Assembly: GCA_963775795.1 (NCBI GenBank)
Contig: CAVZKC010000004.1
Coordinates: 820,028-884,027, forward strand
DNA from: an uncultured Actinomycetes bacterium
GTDB taxonomy: Bacteria; Actinomycetota; Acidimicrobiia; IMCC26256; DASPTH01
Direction: 5' to 3'
DNA length: 64,000 bases
The number at the start of each line of letters is the position of its first letter. The stretch's first letter is position 1. The position numbers were made by a program, and so were the translations under genes. Below are positions 8,548 to 16,743 of this stretch, one piece after another. Under the pieces are notes generated by a model. The model saw only the letters and a list, made by a program, of their open reading frames with translations. It was not told where the DNA came from and made no database searches.

Positions 8548-9789
8548 ATGACGTCCGAGTGGGACGTCCTCGTCGTCGGGGGCGGTCCGTCGGGCGCCGC
8601 CGCGGCGCTGTGGCTCGCCGAGCGCGACCACCGGGTGCTCGTGATCGAGCGGAAGCGATTCCCCCGTGAAAAGACCTGCGGCGACGGTTTGACGCCGCGG
8701 GCCGTCCGCCAGCTCTACGACATGGGCCTCGAGCACCGCCTCTCGGGCTCGTTGCGCTTCGACGGGCTCCGCTCGATTGCCCACGGCGTCACCCTGGAGA
8801 TGCGCTGGCCCGATCATCCCGAGTTTCCGGACCACGGCTACGTCGTGCGGCGCCGGGACCTCGACGAGATGGTCGCCGAGCAGGCGGTCAAGTCGGGCGC
8901 GACGCTGTGGTCGGGCGCGGAGGCGGTGGCGCCGCTCGTCGACGGTGGGCTCGTCCGCGGCGCGAGCGTGCGGCGCGACGGCACGCTCGACGAGGTGCGC
9001 GCCCGTTACGTCGTGGTCGCGGACGGCGCGAACTCGCGCTTCGGCCGGGCGCTCGGCTCCGCTCGCGACCGCTCGTACCCCCTGGGTATGGCGGTGCGCG
9101 GCTACTTCACCAGCCCGTTCCACGACGAGCCGTGGATCGAGAGCCATCTCGATCTGCGCGACCGCGACGGCAACCACCTGCCGGGCTACGGCTGGATCTT
9201 CCCCGTCGGCGACGGCACGGTGAACGTCGGCGTCGGGCTGCTCTCGACGTTCAAGGGCTGGAAGTCCGTGAACACCAGCACCCTCATGGACGCGTTCGTG
9301 GCGACCGCGCCGTCGCGTTGGGGCATCACGCCCGAGACGAGCTGTGGCCCGCCGACCGGGGGCAAGCTCCCCACCGGCGGGTCGGTCACGCCGTCGGCCG
9401 GGCCCACGTGGCTCACGGTGGGCGACGCCGCCGGCAACGTCAACCCGTTCAACGGCGAGGGCATCTCCGTCGCGTACGAGACCGGCCGCCTCGCCGCCGA
9501 CGCGGTGTCGGCCGCGCTCACGTCCGGAGACGGCCTCGCGCTCACGCAGTACCCCGAGCAGCTCGAAGAGCTGTACGCGCTCTACTGGAAGGTGGCGCGC
9601 GCGTTCGTGCGCGCCATCGGCAACCCGGCCGTGATCCGCGAGCTGACGCGCGTCGGGATGCAGTCCCGCTCGCTCATGGAGTGGGTGCTGCGCATCATGG
9701 CGAACTTGCTTCGCCCCGACGAGCTCGGCCCCGCCGAAGCCGCGTACCAGATGGTCGCCTCGCTCGTCGCGCTCGCCCCTGAGCCCTGA
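8548..9789 (+). CDS. geranylgeranyl reductase family FAD-dependent oxidoreductase (menaquinone/polyprenyl saturation type)
   Basis: DVLVVGGGPSGAAAA Rossmann motif followed by the family-typical KTCGDGLTPRAV. 413 aa. Confidence 0.85.
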   Translation: MTSEWDVLVVGGGPSGAAAALWLAERDHRVLVIERKRFPREKTCGDGLTPRAVRQLYDMGLEHRLSGSLRFDGLRSIAHGVTLEMRWPDHPEFPDHGYVVRRRDLDEMVAEQAVKSGATLWSGAEAVAPLVDGGLVRGASVRRDGTLDEVRARYVVVADGANSRFGRALGSARDRSYPLGMAVRGYFTSPFHDEPWIESHLDLRDRDGNHLPGYGWIFPVGDGTVNVGVGLLSTFKGWKSVNTSTLMDAFVATAPSRWGITPETSCGPPTGGKLPTGGSVTPSAGPTWLTVGDAAGNVNPFNGEGISVAYETGRLAADAVSAALTSGDGLALTQYPEQLEELYALYWKVARAFVRAIGNPAVIRELTRVGMQSRSLMEWVLRIMANLLRPDELGPAEAAYQMVASLVALAPEP

Positions 9790-9806
9790 TTTCTCGCTCG
9801 CTCACT

Positions 9807-9829
9807 GCGGGCCGGGATACCCGGCCCGC
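9807..9829. terminator. GC-rich hairpin between convergent genes (bidirectional terminator candidate)
   Basis: GCGGGCCGGG-ATA-CCCGGCCCGC: perfect 10-bp stem, 3-nt loop, no T-tract. Lies between the reductase stop (9789) and the MoaD-like stop (9910). Confidence 0.4.
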
Positions 9830-9909
9830 GGCCGTTCGCTCCCTGGCGAGCAACCCGCTCCCTCTGGTCGCTCGCTGCCGCAATTCTCGCTCGCCTCGTG
9901 CCGCCGCTC

Positions 9910-10156
9910 CTAGCCGCCGCTCACGGGCGGGAGGATCGCTACTTCGTCGCCGTCGGTGAGGAGCGTGGCGTCGCCGTCGGAGGGCTCGTCGCCGTTGACC
10001 CAGACCGCGCGATCCGTCGAGCACGGCCGCGAAGTCGTCGCCGTACGTCTCCCGGGCGCTGGCCAACAGCTGGCCCAGGGTGGAGGGAGGGTGGATGGCC
10101 CGAGCACGACCGGCCGCCTCGCGAGCCTGCGCGAAGAAGAGGAGCCTGACACTCAG
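9910..10156 (-). pseudogene. MoaD/ThiS-family sulfur-carrier (beta-grasp, C-terminal GG) with apparent +1 frameshift
   Basis: One frame reads SVRLLFFAQAREAAGRARAIHPPSTLGQLLASARETYGDDFAAVLDGSR. After about nt 10005-10011 the next frame reads VWVNGDEPSDGDATLLTDGDEVAILPPVSGG*. Neither frame alone gives a complete protein, and no clean start codon exists in the N-terminal frame. Confidence 0.6.
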
Positions 10157-10305
10157 GCCTGATCCCCCGAGCCGTCCCCCGCGTCGGGGTCGTGGTCGGC
10201 TGCGTCGAGGTCGGCCTGCAGGGCTGCGAGCTCGCCCTCCAGCTCCTCGAGCGCCGAGAGGTCCTGTGCCTGCGGCCGCTCACCGGCGACGTCGTCGCGC
10301 TCCAT
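10153..10305 (-). CDS. small acidic coiled-coil protein (hypothetical)
   Basis: ATG 10305. Reads MERDDVAGERPQAQDLSALEELEGELAALQADLDAADHDPDAGDGSGDQA (50 aa). Its stop abuts the MoaD-like gene. Only composition and position support it. Confidence 0.3.
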   Translation of the reverse strand: MERDDVAGERPQAQDLSALEELEGELAALQADLDAADHDPDAGDGSGDQA

Positions 10306-10342
10306 CGAGTGCAAACGTACCGTGCGATCACCCGGCCGGTGG

Positions 10343-10966
10343 CTATCCGTGCCCGAGCTGGTGTTGGAGCAGCTCGGTGGCGTCGGCCAGCAGTGATTGC
10401 ACTCGGTCGAGCCGCTCGCCCGGGTCGTCGACCGCGAGGAGTCCCTGCGCGTCGAGCGGTCCGATCGGAGCCATCGCCGCGGCCTCGAAAGACGCCCGCA
10501 CGGGGTCGGCATCGAGGCGGACCGCGTCGACAGGAACGGCCCGCTCCCCCAGCTCGGCGAGCAGCGCCGAGACGCGCACGAGCATGCGCTCCACCGGTTC
10601 GCAGCGCGATCCGACGTCGGCACTCACCTTCTTCGGCTCACGGACGAGCTCGACGTCGGCACGCGGATACGGGTCGTCGGGGAGCCAGCGCTTCACCCGA
10701 CACCGCTCTGCGCCGACGACCTCGAGGAGATAGCGACCGTCCGGCGTGCGCGCGGCCTCGCCGATTCGGGCCACCGTCCCGACATCGAAGCGGGTGTCGC
10801 CGCCCCCGACCTCGTGGCCCCGTTCGATCAGCACGATCCCGAACCGGCCGTCGGTTTGCAGGCACGTCTCGACGAGCTGGCGGTATCGCGGCTCGAACAC
10901 GTGCAGCGACTGCACCGCGTACGGGAAGAGCACGGTCCCGAGCGGGAACATCGGCAGGGTGGGCAC
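10343..10966 (-). CDS. LON-peptidase N-terminal (substrate-binding) domain protein
   Basis: MPTLPMFPLGTVLFPYAVQSLHVFEPRYRQLV... is the hallmark start of stand-alone Lon N-domain proteins. Confidence 0.8.
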   Translation of the reverse strand: MPTLPMFPLGTVLFPYAVQSLHVFEPRYRQLVETCLQTDGRFGIVLIERGHEVGGGDTRFDVGTVARIGEAARTPDGRYLLEVVGAERCRVKRWLPDDPYPRADVELVREPKKVSADVGSRCEPVERMLVRVSALLAELGERAVPVDAVRLDADPVRASFEAAAMAPIGPLDAQGLLAVDDPGERLDRVQSLLADATELLQHQLGHG

Positions 10967-10990
10967 CCGCGGAACGCTACCGGCACACCA

Positions 10991-11776
10991 TCAGTTGGCA
11001 CGGGCGCGCAGCCGCGCCGCCTCGTGCGCGGCCTCGGCTGCGGGGCGACCGTGGAGCTTGGCGGCGACGTCGTCGAATGCCGCCGCGGCCTCCTCAAAAT
11101 GACCGACCCGGGCGAGCCACGCGGCGATCTCCGCCCGCGACACCGGGGTGCCCGTGGGGATCCGGAGGCGGAGGCGCAGCACCCACACGAGCTGCGCGGT
11201 GTCGCCGCGGATGAAGATTCCCTGGAGGTTCGTGAGCATGCGATCCAGGATCGCCAGCGCGCCGACCGGTGCGAGCAGCTCGCGACGGAATGGAGTGGAG
11301 AGCTGCATCGCCTCGTAGCGGGCGCGGCACGCGTCGCCGTCGAGCGCCGCGCCGCCCGAGAACGGGTCGTAGAACGCGCCGCCGGGTCCGCCGACGAGGA
11401 AGTGGCCCGGCATCCCGACGCCGTGCAGCTCCAGCCCGCGGCGGCGGCCGACCTCGATCATGAGCACGCTCAGCGTGATCGGGATGCCCAGCCCACGCGC
11501 GAGCACCTGGTCGAGATACGAATTCCGCGGGTCGTAGTAGTTCGCGGTGTTTCCCCGAAACCCGCGCGTGCGAAAGAGCGCGGTCGCGAGCTCGGTCGCG
11601 TCGCGGCAGTCGCACGAGGCGGCGAGCGCATCGAGCGCGCCGAGCTGCGCCTCCAGCCAGGCGTCGAGGTCGACGGCGGAGTGGGCGTGCGCCGCGACCA
11701 GCAGCGCCGCCTCGTCGAGCGCGACGTCCCCCGCCGGTCCCTGGACGAGGGCGGTGAAGCGACCCAGTGCGTCCAC
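10991..11776 (-). CDS. SirB1/UPF0162-type transglutaminase-like plus TPR protein
   Basis: NYYDPRNSYLDQVLARGLGIPITLSVLMIEVGRRRGLELHGVGMPGHFLV core motif. In-frame GTG 11776 avoids overlap with the divergent fur-family gene. Confidence 0.7.
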   Translation of the reverse strand: MDALGRFTALVQGPAGDVALDEAALLVAAHAHSAVDLDAWLEAQLGALDALAASCDCRDATELATALFRTRGFRGNTANYYDPRNSYLDQVLARGLGIPITLSVLMIEVGRRRGLELHGVGMPGHFLVGGPGGAFYDPFSGGAALDGDACRARYEAMQLSTPFRRELLAPVGALAILDRMLTNLQGIFIRGDTAQLVWVLRLRLRIPTGTPVSRAEIAAWLARVGHFEEAAAAFDDVAAKLHGRPAAEAAHEAARLRARAN

Positions 11777-11818
11777 CGTCGGACGGTACCGCAGGAAGCC
11801 CCCGGTACACTCGCTCGC

Positions 11819-12262
11819 ATGGCGGTCAGTCGCCAAGAGGTGCGCGACACCGCGGCACACCGGCTGCGCGGCGTCGGGCAGCGGCTCACTTCCAACCGCG
11901 AAGCCCTCGTCGACACGCTCGCGGACGCGACGCGGCCGCTCACGATCCCCGAGATCCTCGACCGCCGGAAGCGCCTCGCGCAGAGCTCCGTCTACCGGAA
12001 CCTGGTCGTGCTCGAAGACGCCGGGATCGTCCACCGGGTGCTCGGCGCCGGCGAGTTCGCGCGCTGGGAGCTCGCGGAAGACCTGACCGGGCACCACCAC
12101 CATCTCATCTGCGCGTCGTGCGGGCGCGTCGACGACGTCCCGGCGTCAGCCGGGCTCGAGCGATCGGTCGCAGCGGCCGCCGCCGCCATCCTCCGTACGA
12201 CCGGCTTCCGCACCGAGCACCACCGGGTCGACCTGGTGGGCCTGTGCGAGCAGTGCGCCTGA
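11819..12262 (+). CDS. Fur-family metalloregulator
   Basis: ATG 11819. Winged-helix region (SVYRNLVVLEDAGIV) followed by HHHHLICASCGRV...CEQC metal-site motifs. Confidence 0.85.
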   Translation: MAVSRQEVRDTAAHRLRGVGQRLTSNREALVDTLADATRPLTIPEILDRRKRLAQSSVYRNLVVLEDAGIVHRVLGAGEFARWELAEDLTGHHHHLICASCGRVDDVPASAGLERSVAAAAAAILRTTGFRTEHHRVDLVGLCEQCA

Positions 12263-12271
12263 CCCAGATCG

Positions 12272-13006
12272 TCAGGCCGACGTTCCCGCACCGTTCGAGG
12301 TGAGGGGGAGCTCCTTGCCCGCCGCGAGCGCCGCGAAGATCTCCGTCAGCACATCGTCGGGGATCTCGCCACTGGCTCTCCCGACCACCTTTCCGCTCCC
12401 GTCGACGAACACGTAGAAGGGATACGACGACAGCCCATACGCGTCGGCGGCGGCGAAGTCGCGGCTGTCGGCCATCGCCGGATAGGTGAACCCCTCCCGC
12501 TGCAACCAGGCTGAGGGCGGGTAGTTGGGGAAGTCCGGGTTGGTCCCGGTCGCCACCGCGGTGACGTCGACGCCATCGAGCGCGCCGGCCTTCGACAGCG
12601 ACACGATCCGGGGCACTTCGGCCTGGCAGTGGGGGCACCAGTCCGCGACGAACAGGATCGCCTGCGGCCGGCCGTTCGGCTCGATCGTCATGGCGTCGCC
12701 CTCGAGTGAGGTGCCGTGGAGGACGGGGATCGGTTGCCCGACCGCGGCGTCGTCGTTCGGTGAGCTGAAGCGGGGCAGCGCCTCGCCGTCGACCTTCACC
12801 GGTGCGACCTCGTGGCCGGTGCCGGCGTCCTTGTTGCTGCCGCCTCCCGATGCCGCGATCGCCGCGATGCCGGCGAGCGCGATCACCCCGATGAGCACGC
12901 TGAACACGACCTTCGACGAACCGCTGCTCCGGCGGCGGGGGGGCGGAACCGGCCGCTTGCGCTCCGAGGTGTAGGGGCGGGCGGGACGCGTGCGCTGCTT
13001 GCTCAT
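12272..13006 (-). CDS. TlpA/ResA-like membrane-anchored thiol-disulfide oxidoreductase
   Basis: ATG 13006 overlaps the upstream stop (ATGA). N-terminal TM anchor and thioredoxin motif WCPHC. Confidence 0.85.
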   Translation of the reverse strand: MSKQRTRPARPYTSERKRPVPPPRRRSSGSSKVVFSVLIGVIALAGIAAIAASGGGSNKDAGTGHEVAPVKVDGEALPRFSSPNDDAAVGQPIPVLHGTSLEGDAMTIEPNGRPQAILFVADWCPHCQAEVPRIVSLSKAGALDGVDVTAVATGTNPDFPNYPPSAWLQREGFTYPAMADSRDFAAADAYGLSSYPFYVFVDGSGKVVGRASGEIPDDVLTEIFAALAAGKELPLTSNGAGTSA

Positions 13007-13629
13007 GAGGGCACCGATTCTCGGGACGTCCGGGGGGAGGCTTCGTCCACCGTACCGACCGGCTCCTCGTCGGGAGCCTCGCGGCCGGCGGCCGCACCGA
13101 GCGCGAGCAGGGCGCCGATGAGAAGGAACGAGCTCAGGCACATCCACGCCAGGGTCACGAACCCGAGCTTCTCGAACCACGGCACGGCACACGGGGCGTC
13201 GAGCGAGCAGGACGTGCTCTCGGCGAGGCTGGGCACCCGCTCGACGAGCCAGTGGTACAGGGACAACGGCGCGCCGACCACCACGAACGGGAGCGCCACC
13301 AGCCAGGCTCCCCGGTCGCGCCGCAACCACCCGGCGCCGAGCACGACGACGAGCGGATACATGCAGATCCGCTGGTACCAACAGAGCGTGCAAGGGATGA
13401 GCCCGACCGATTCCGAGTAGTAGAGGCTGCCGGCGGTGGTGACGATCGCCACGATCCACGCGAGGAGCAGGGCGTGCGGTCCGACCGCGTCCGCGAGCCG
13501 TTGCCATGCGCTGCGACCGCGCGCCGACACGAGCGCGCCGATCGCAGCAAGCGCCACCATCACGACCGCGGCGTCGGCGGCCAGGGTGAGGACGAGGAAG
13601 AAGGTGTCCGCGGTCGCGTGATCGGACAT
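13003..13629 (-). CDS. DsbB/BdbC-family disulfide bond formation protein
   Basis: Four TM helices, CTLCWYQR motif in loop 1 and a second Cys pair (SCSLDAPC). Confidence 0.8.
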   Translation of the reverse strand: MSDHATADTFFLVLTLAADAAVVMVALAAIGALVSARGRSAWQRLADAVGPHALLLAWIVAIVTTAGSLYYSESVGLIPCTLCWYQRICMYPLVVVLGAGWLRRDRGAWLVALPFVVVGAPLSLYHWLVERVPSLAESTSCSLDAPCAVPWFEKLGFVTLAWMCLSSFLLIGALLALGAAAGREAPDEEPVGTVDEASPRTSRESVPS

Positions 13630-13684
13630 CAGAAGTCAGACATCAGACACCAGGCATCAGGCATCGGCGTGGGGCGTCGGGGAG

Positions 13685-15547
13685 TCACCGCAGCGTGAAC
13701 CGCCCCACCAGCGCCACCTGCTCGGTCGGTCCGATCCGCGCGCGCACGATCATCTCCCATCGGCCGGGGTAAGGGATGTCGAACAACGGCGCGTAGTAGT
13801 GACCCGGTCCGAGACGCCGGAGGGGAACATCGAAGGGAGCGAGGCCGCCACCCGGGCGCTGGAGCTGGAGCGTCATGTCGTCGACCGTCGTGAGCCCGCC
13901 CGGCGTGGGCACCGACGTGATGTGGATGTCGTTCGGGCCCGCGGCGCCGGGCGCGATCGTGACGTCGACGAGCAGCTGCTTCGACTCCAAGGTGAGCGCG
14001 ACCGGCTTCGTCTCCTGGCGGAGCGCCGGGGCCGTGTTCACGAGCAGCGACGTCACGCCGAGGATCACCGCCGCGAACACCACCTCGGCGACGACCGAGC
14101 GCCGCAACCGGCGCAGCTCGCCGTCGCCGGCCGCTTCGTCGCCGGGATCGGCGCCGCCCGCGCCCGAGCCACCCGAGCGACCCGCGTCGGGCGGCCCGGT
14201 GACGAGTGGGCCACCGACGCCCACCGCGACCCGGTCCTCGACGCGCTCGTCCGCCGCGTCCTCGACCGGTTCCCGCTCGGAGTCGTAGGGCTCGGTTCGG
14301 TACCGGCGGTTCACCACCTCGCGACTGAAGGCAGCCGCGACCAGGAGCGCGGCGAACACGAGCAGCTTGATGATGAGCAGTCGCCCGTAGTCGGTGTCAC
14401 GCAGTGCGTCGAGGCTGCCCACCTGGCGGTAGCCCTGAAACGCACCACTGATCACGAGCACCGCGATGGCGCCGAGCGCGAGCGACGAGAAGCGCGTCGT
14501 GGCGGTCCGCAGCTCGTCGGGATCGCGCGACGGAAGCACGACGAGGAGGAGCAGGACGATGCCGCCGAGCCACAAACTCATCGCGAGCACGTGCAGCATG
14601 TCGGCAGGGATGGCCGCGGCCGTCCAGCGACCCGTCGACGGGTGGCCGGCCAGTCCGATCGTGAGCGCAAGCGCGACGGCCAACACCCCGCCTGCGGCCG
14701 GCCACCAGCGCGGCACGTGCCGGTCCGCCGCCCGCTCACCGTCCGCACTGCTCGGCGGCAACAAGACGCGGAGGAGCGGCAGCATCAACGCCAACACCAC
14801 GAGCCGCCCGATCGAGACGTGCCCGAAACGCGTGCCGAGCACGTCGCCGAACACCGTCGGGTCGAGCACCTTGCTCGCCGGCAGGGCCTGGGCGTACGCG
14901 CCTTCGAGGGCGATGCCCGCGACCGTGGTGACCACCACCCCGATCCATCCCGCCCACACCGCTCGGCGCGCCCGACGCCGTCGGCGCGCGCTCGGGAGCA
15001 CCACGACCAGAAACGCCGCCCCACCGATCAACAGCGCAACCGACGCGTAGAGCAGCCCGCGATCTACCGCGTAGACCACACCCAAGAGCTCGCTGCCCCC
15101 CTGGTCCGCGAGCAGGCGACGGGCGAGAGCACCGGCGTCGCACGTGGTCGCGTCGGGACCGATCTGGAAGGTGAACGAGCCGTCGACGGGATGCGAGTCG
15201 GCCGACACGACCCGCCAGGTGACGACGTAGGTACCCCCGTCGAGGTCGGGGAGCGACGACCGGACCACCGAATGGTCGCCTGCAGGATGGTGCGGCGCGC
15301 CTGCCACGACGCGGTGGGCATCGCCGTCGAACACGCGGACCGAGCCCAGCGACGACTCGACGGGCTCGTTGAACCGCAACGTGATTGCCTGCGGCGCCGC
15401 GTCGAGCACGGTCCCCGGCGCGGGCTCCGTGGTGAGAAGCGTCGCGTGGGCAGACGCGGGAGCGACGCCGAGCACGAAGGTGGTCGCGACCGCGACGAAG
15501 ACGCACGCTCCGAATGCCCGCGCGCGCCGGCCGACGGCAGTCGTCAT
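13685..15547 (-). CDS. CopC-CopD fusion copper resistance/uptake protein (YcnJ-like) with extra C-terminal domain
   Basis: ATG 15547 overlaps the anti-sigma stop (ATGA). Signal peptide ...APASA|HATLLTTEPAPG gives His as the first mature residue (CopC type), with VVSADSHPVDG. A multi-TM CopD region and a C-terminal soluble domain follow. Confidence 0.85.
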   Translation of the reverse strand: MTTAVGRRARAFGACVFVAVATTFVLGVAPASAHATLLTTEPAPGTVLDAAPQAITLRFNEPVESSLGSVRVFDGDAHRVVAGAPHHPAGDHSVVRSSLPDLDGGTYVVTWRVVSADSHPVDGSFTFQIGPDATTCDAGALARRLLADQGGSELLGVVYAVDRGLLYASVALLIGGAAFLVVVLPSARRRRRARRAVWAGWIGVVVTTVAGIALEGAYAQALPASKVLDPTVFGDVLGTRFGHVSIGRLVVLALMLPLLRVLLPPSSADGERAADRHVPRWWPAAGGVLAVALALTIGLAGHPSTGRWTAAAIPADMLHVLAMSLWLGGIVLLLLVVLPSRDPDELRTATTRFSSLALGAIAVLVISGAFQGYRQVGSLDALRDTDYGRLLIIKLLVFAALLVAAAFSREVVNRRYRTEPYDSEREPVEDAADERVEDRVAVGVGGPLVTGPPDAGRSGGSGAGGADPGDEAAGDGELRRLRRSVVAEVVFAAVILGVTSLLVNTAPALRQETKPVALTLESKQLLVDVTIAPGAAGPNDIHITSVPTPGGLTTVDDMTLQLQRPGGGLAPFDVPLRRLGPGHYYAPLFDIPYPGRWEMIVRARIGPTEQVALVGRFTLR

Positions 15548-16149
15548 GCGAGGCGCACCGGTCGGTCGTCGCTCCGACCGACCAACCACATCACGAGCAG
15601 TCCGGCCAACGCCAGGAGGTGGTGCGCTTCGGGCGCGAACGTCGTGCGGCCCTCGGCGACGTCGAGGAACGAAGAGACGACGAGGCACGTCGCCAGCGCC
15701 GCGACGAACGGGAACATCCCCGAGATGCGGAACGGGCGCCACGCCGCGAAGAGGAGCCCGACCGCGAGCGCGACCTCGAACGACCCGATGTGGCGGGCGC
15801 TGTGCACGGGCAGCCCCGCATCCGATCCGAGGACGAGCGCGGGGAGGGCGACGACGAGCTGCACGAGCGCGATCGCCGCCAGCATGACCCGGAGGGGCCG
15901 GATGTCGGACAACGGGCGGCGCGTCGAGGCCGCGCTCGATCCGATCGCGACAAGCACCGCGTCACCGAGGTCGGGGACTTCGGGCGCGGGCGAGAGTCGC
16001 ACCAGCCGGTGCAGCCGCTCGGCTTCTTCCACGAAGGCGCGGCAGTCTGCGCACGAGTCGAGGTGGGCGCGGAGCACGCCGTCGTCGAGACCGGGATCCT
16101 CGCCGTCGAGACGGGCGGAGAACGCATTGCGAAACCTGATGCACGTCAT
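15544..16149 (-). CDS. zf-HC2 anti-sigma factor with polytopic membrane domain
   Basis: ATG 16149. HLDSCADCRAF zinc-finger anti-sigma motif near the N-terminus, followed by about 4 TM helices. Confidence 0.7.
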   Translation of the reverse strand: MTCIRFRNAFSARLDGEDPGLDDGVLRAHLDSCADCRAFVEEAERLHRLVRLSPAPEVPDLGDAVLVAIGSSAASTRRPLSDIRPLRVMLAAIALVQLVVALPALVLGSDAGLPVHSARHIGSFEVALAVGLLFAAWRPFRISGMFPFVAALATCLVVSSFLDVAEGRTTFAPEAHHLLALAGLLVMWLVGRSDDRPVRLA

Positions 16150-16156
16150 GGCCCGG

Positions 16157-16184
16157 TAGTCGACTCGAAGCCGGAGATGGTTCC
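16157..16184 (-). promoter_or_regulatory. candidate ECF-type promoter GGAAC-N17-CGAC ending 9 nt before the anti-sigma ATG (near-leaderless)
   Basis: Minus strand reads GGGGGAACcatctccggcttcgagtCGACtaccgggccATG. Resembles the GGAAC-N16/17-CGTC ECF consensus with one mismatch in the -10. Pattern match only. Confidence 0.25.
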
Positions 16185-16743
16185 CCCAGTATCGTCGGTC
16201 GCAGTGGACGAGCTCACGCGGCTGTTCCTCGCCGCTCGTGACGGTGACCGTGCCGCACTGCTGGCGGCGATCCGCACGAGCCAGGCCGACATCTGGCGCC
16301 TGGCCGCCCACCTGGTTGACCCGTCCGAGGCCGACGACGTCACGCAGGACACGTTCGTGCGAGCCTGGCAGGCACTCCCCGCGTTTCGGGGCGACGCGAG
16401 CGCCCGGACCTGGCTGTTGTCGATCGCCCGCCGGGCCTGCGCGGATGCCGTCCGCCGCCGCAGCCGCAGCCGCCGTCTCGTCGAACGGCTGCGAGGGGAG
16501 GCGCACGACGACCAACCCGACGGGCACGCGCACGAAGACCCGCTGGCACGGTCGGCCCTGTTCGAGCTGGTCGAGCAGCTCGACGGGAACCAACGCAGCG
16601 CGTTCGTGCTGACCCAGATCGTCGGCTGCTCGTACTCCGAAGCAGCCGAGGTGTGTGACGTACCGGTAGGGACGATCCGCTCGCGCGTCGCCCGCGCGCG
16701 CAACCGCCTCCTCGCGCAGCTCCGCGCCGCGGAGACCGCGTGA
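16177..16743 (+). CDS. ECF (group 4) sigma-70 family RNA polymerase sigma factor
   Basis: Region 2 (DDVTQDTFVRAWQALPAFRG) and region 4 (FVLTQIVGCSYSEAAEVCDVPVGTIRSRVARAR). Start is ATG 16177 or GTG 16204. Confidence 0.85.
   Translation: MVPPVSSVAVDELTRLFLAARDGDRAALLAAIRTSQADIWRLAAHLVDPSEADDVTQDTFVRAWQALPAFRGDASARTWLLSIARRACADAVRRRSRSRRLVERLRGEAHDDQPDGHAHEDPLARSALFELVEQLDGNQRSAFVLTQIVGCSYSEAAEVCDVPVGTIRSRVARARNRLLAQLRAAETA

Noticed and set aside
10153-10305. Small acidic ORF as a Pup-like prokaryotic ubiquitin-like tag
   Set aside because: It ends in ...GDQA rather than GGQ or GGE and lacks the Pup C-terminal helix pattern. It is kept only as a low-confidence hypothetical CDS.
16100-16176. 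Second ECF-type promoter upstream of the sigma gene (autoregulation), for example GAGAAC or GAAAC elements
   Set aside because: Spacing and the -10 element fit the consensus poorly (GAGAAC-N19-ACGTC, GAAAC-N17-CCGG). This is not distinguishable from chance in this GC-rich sequence.
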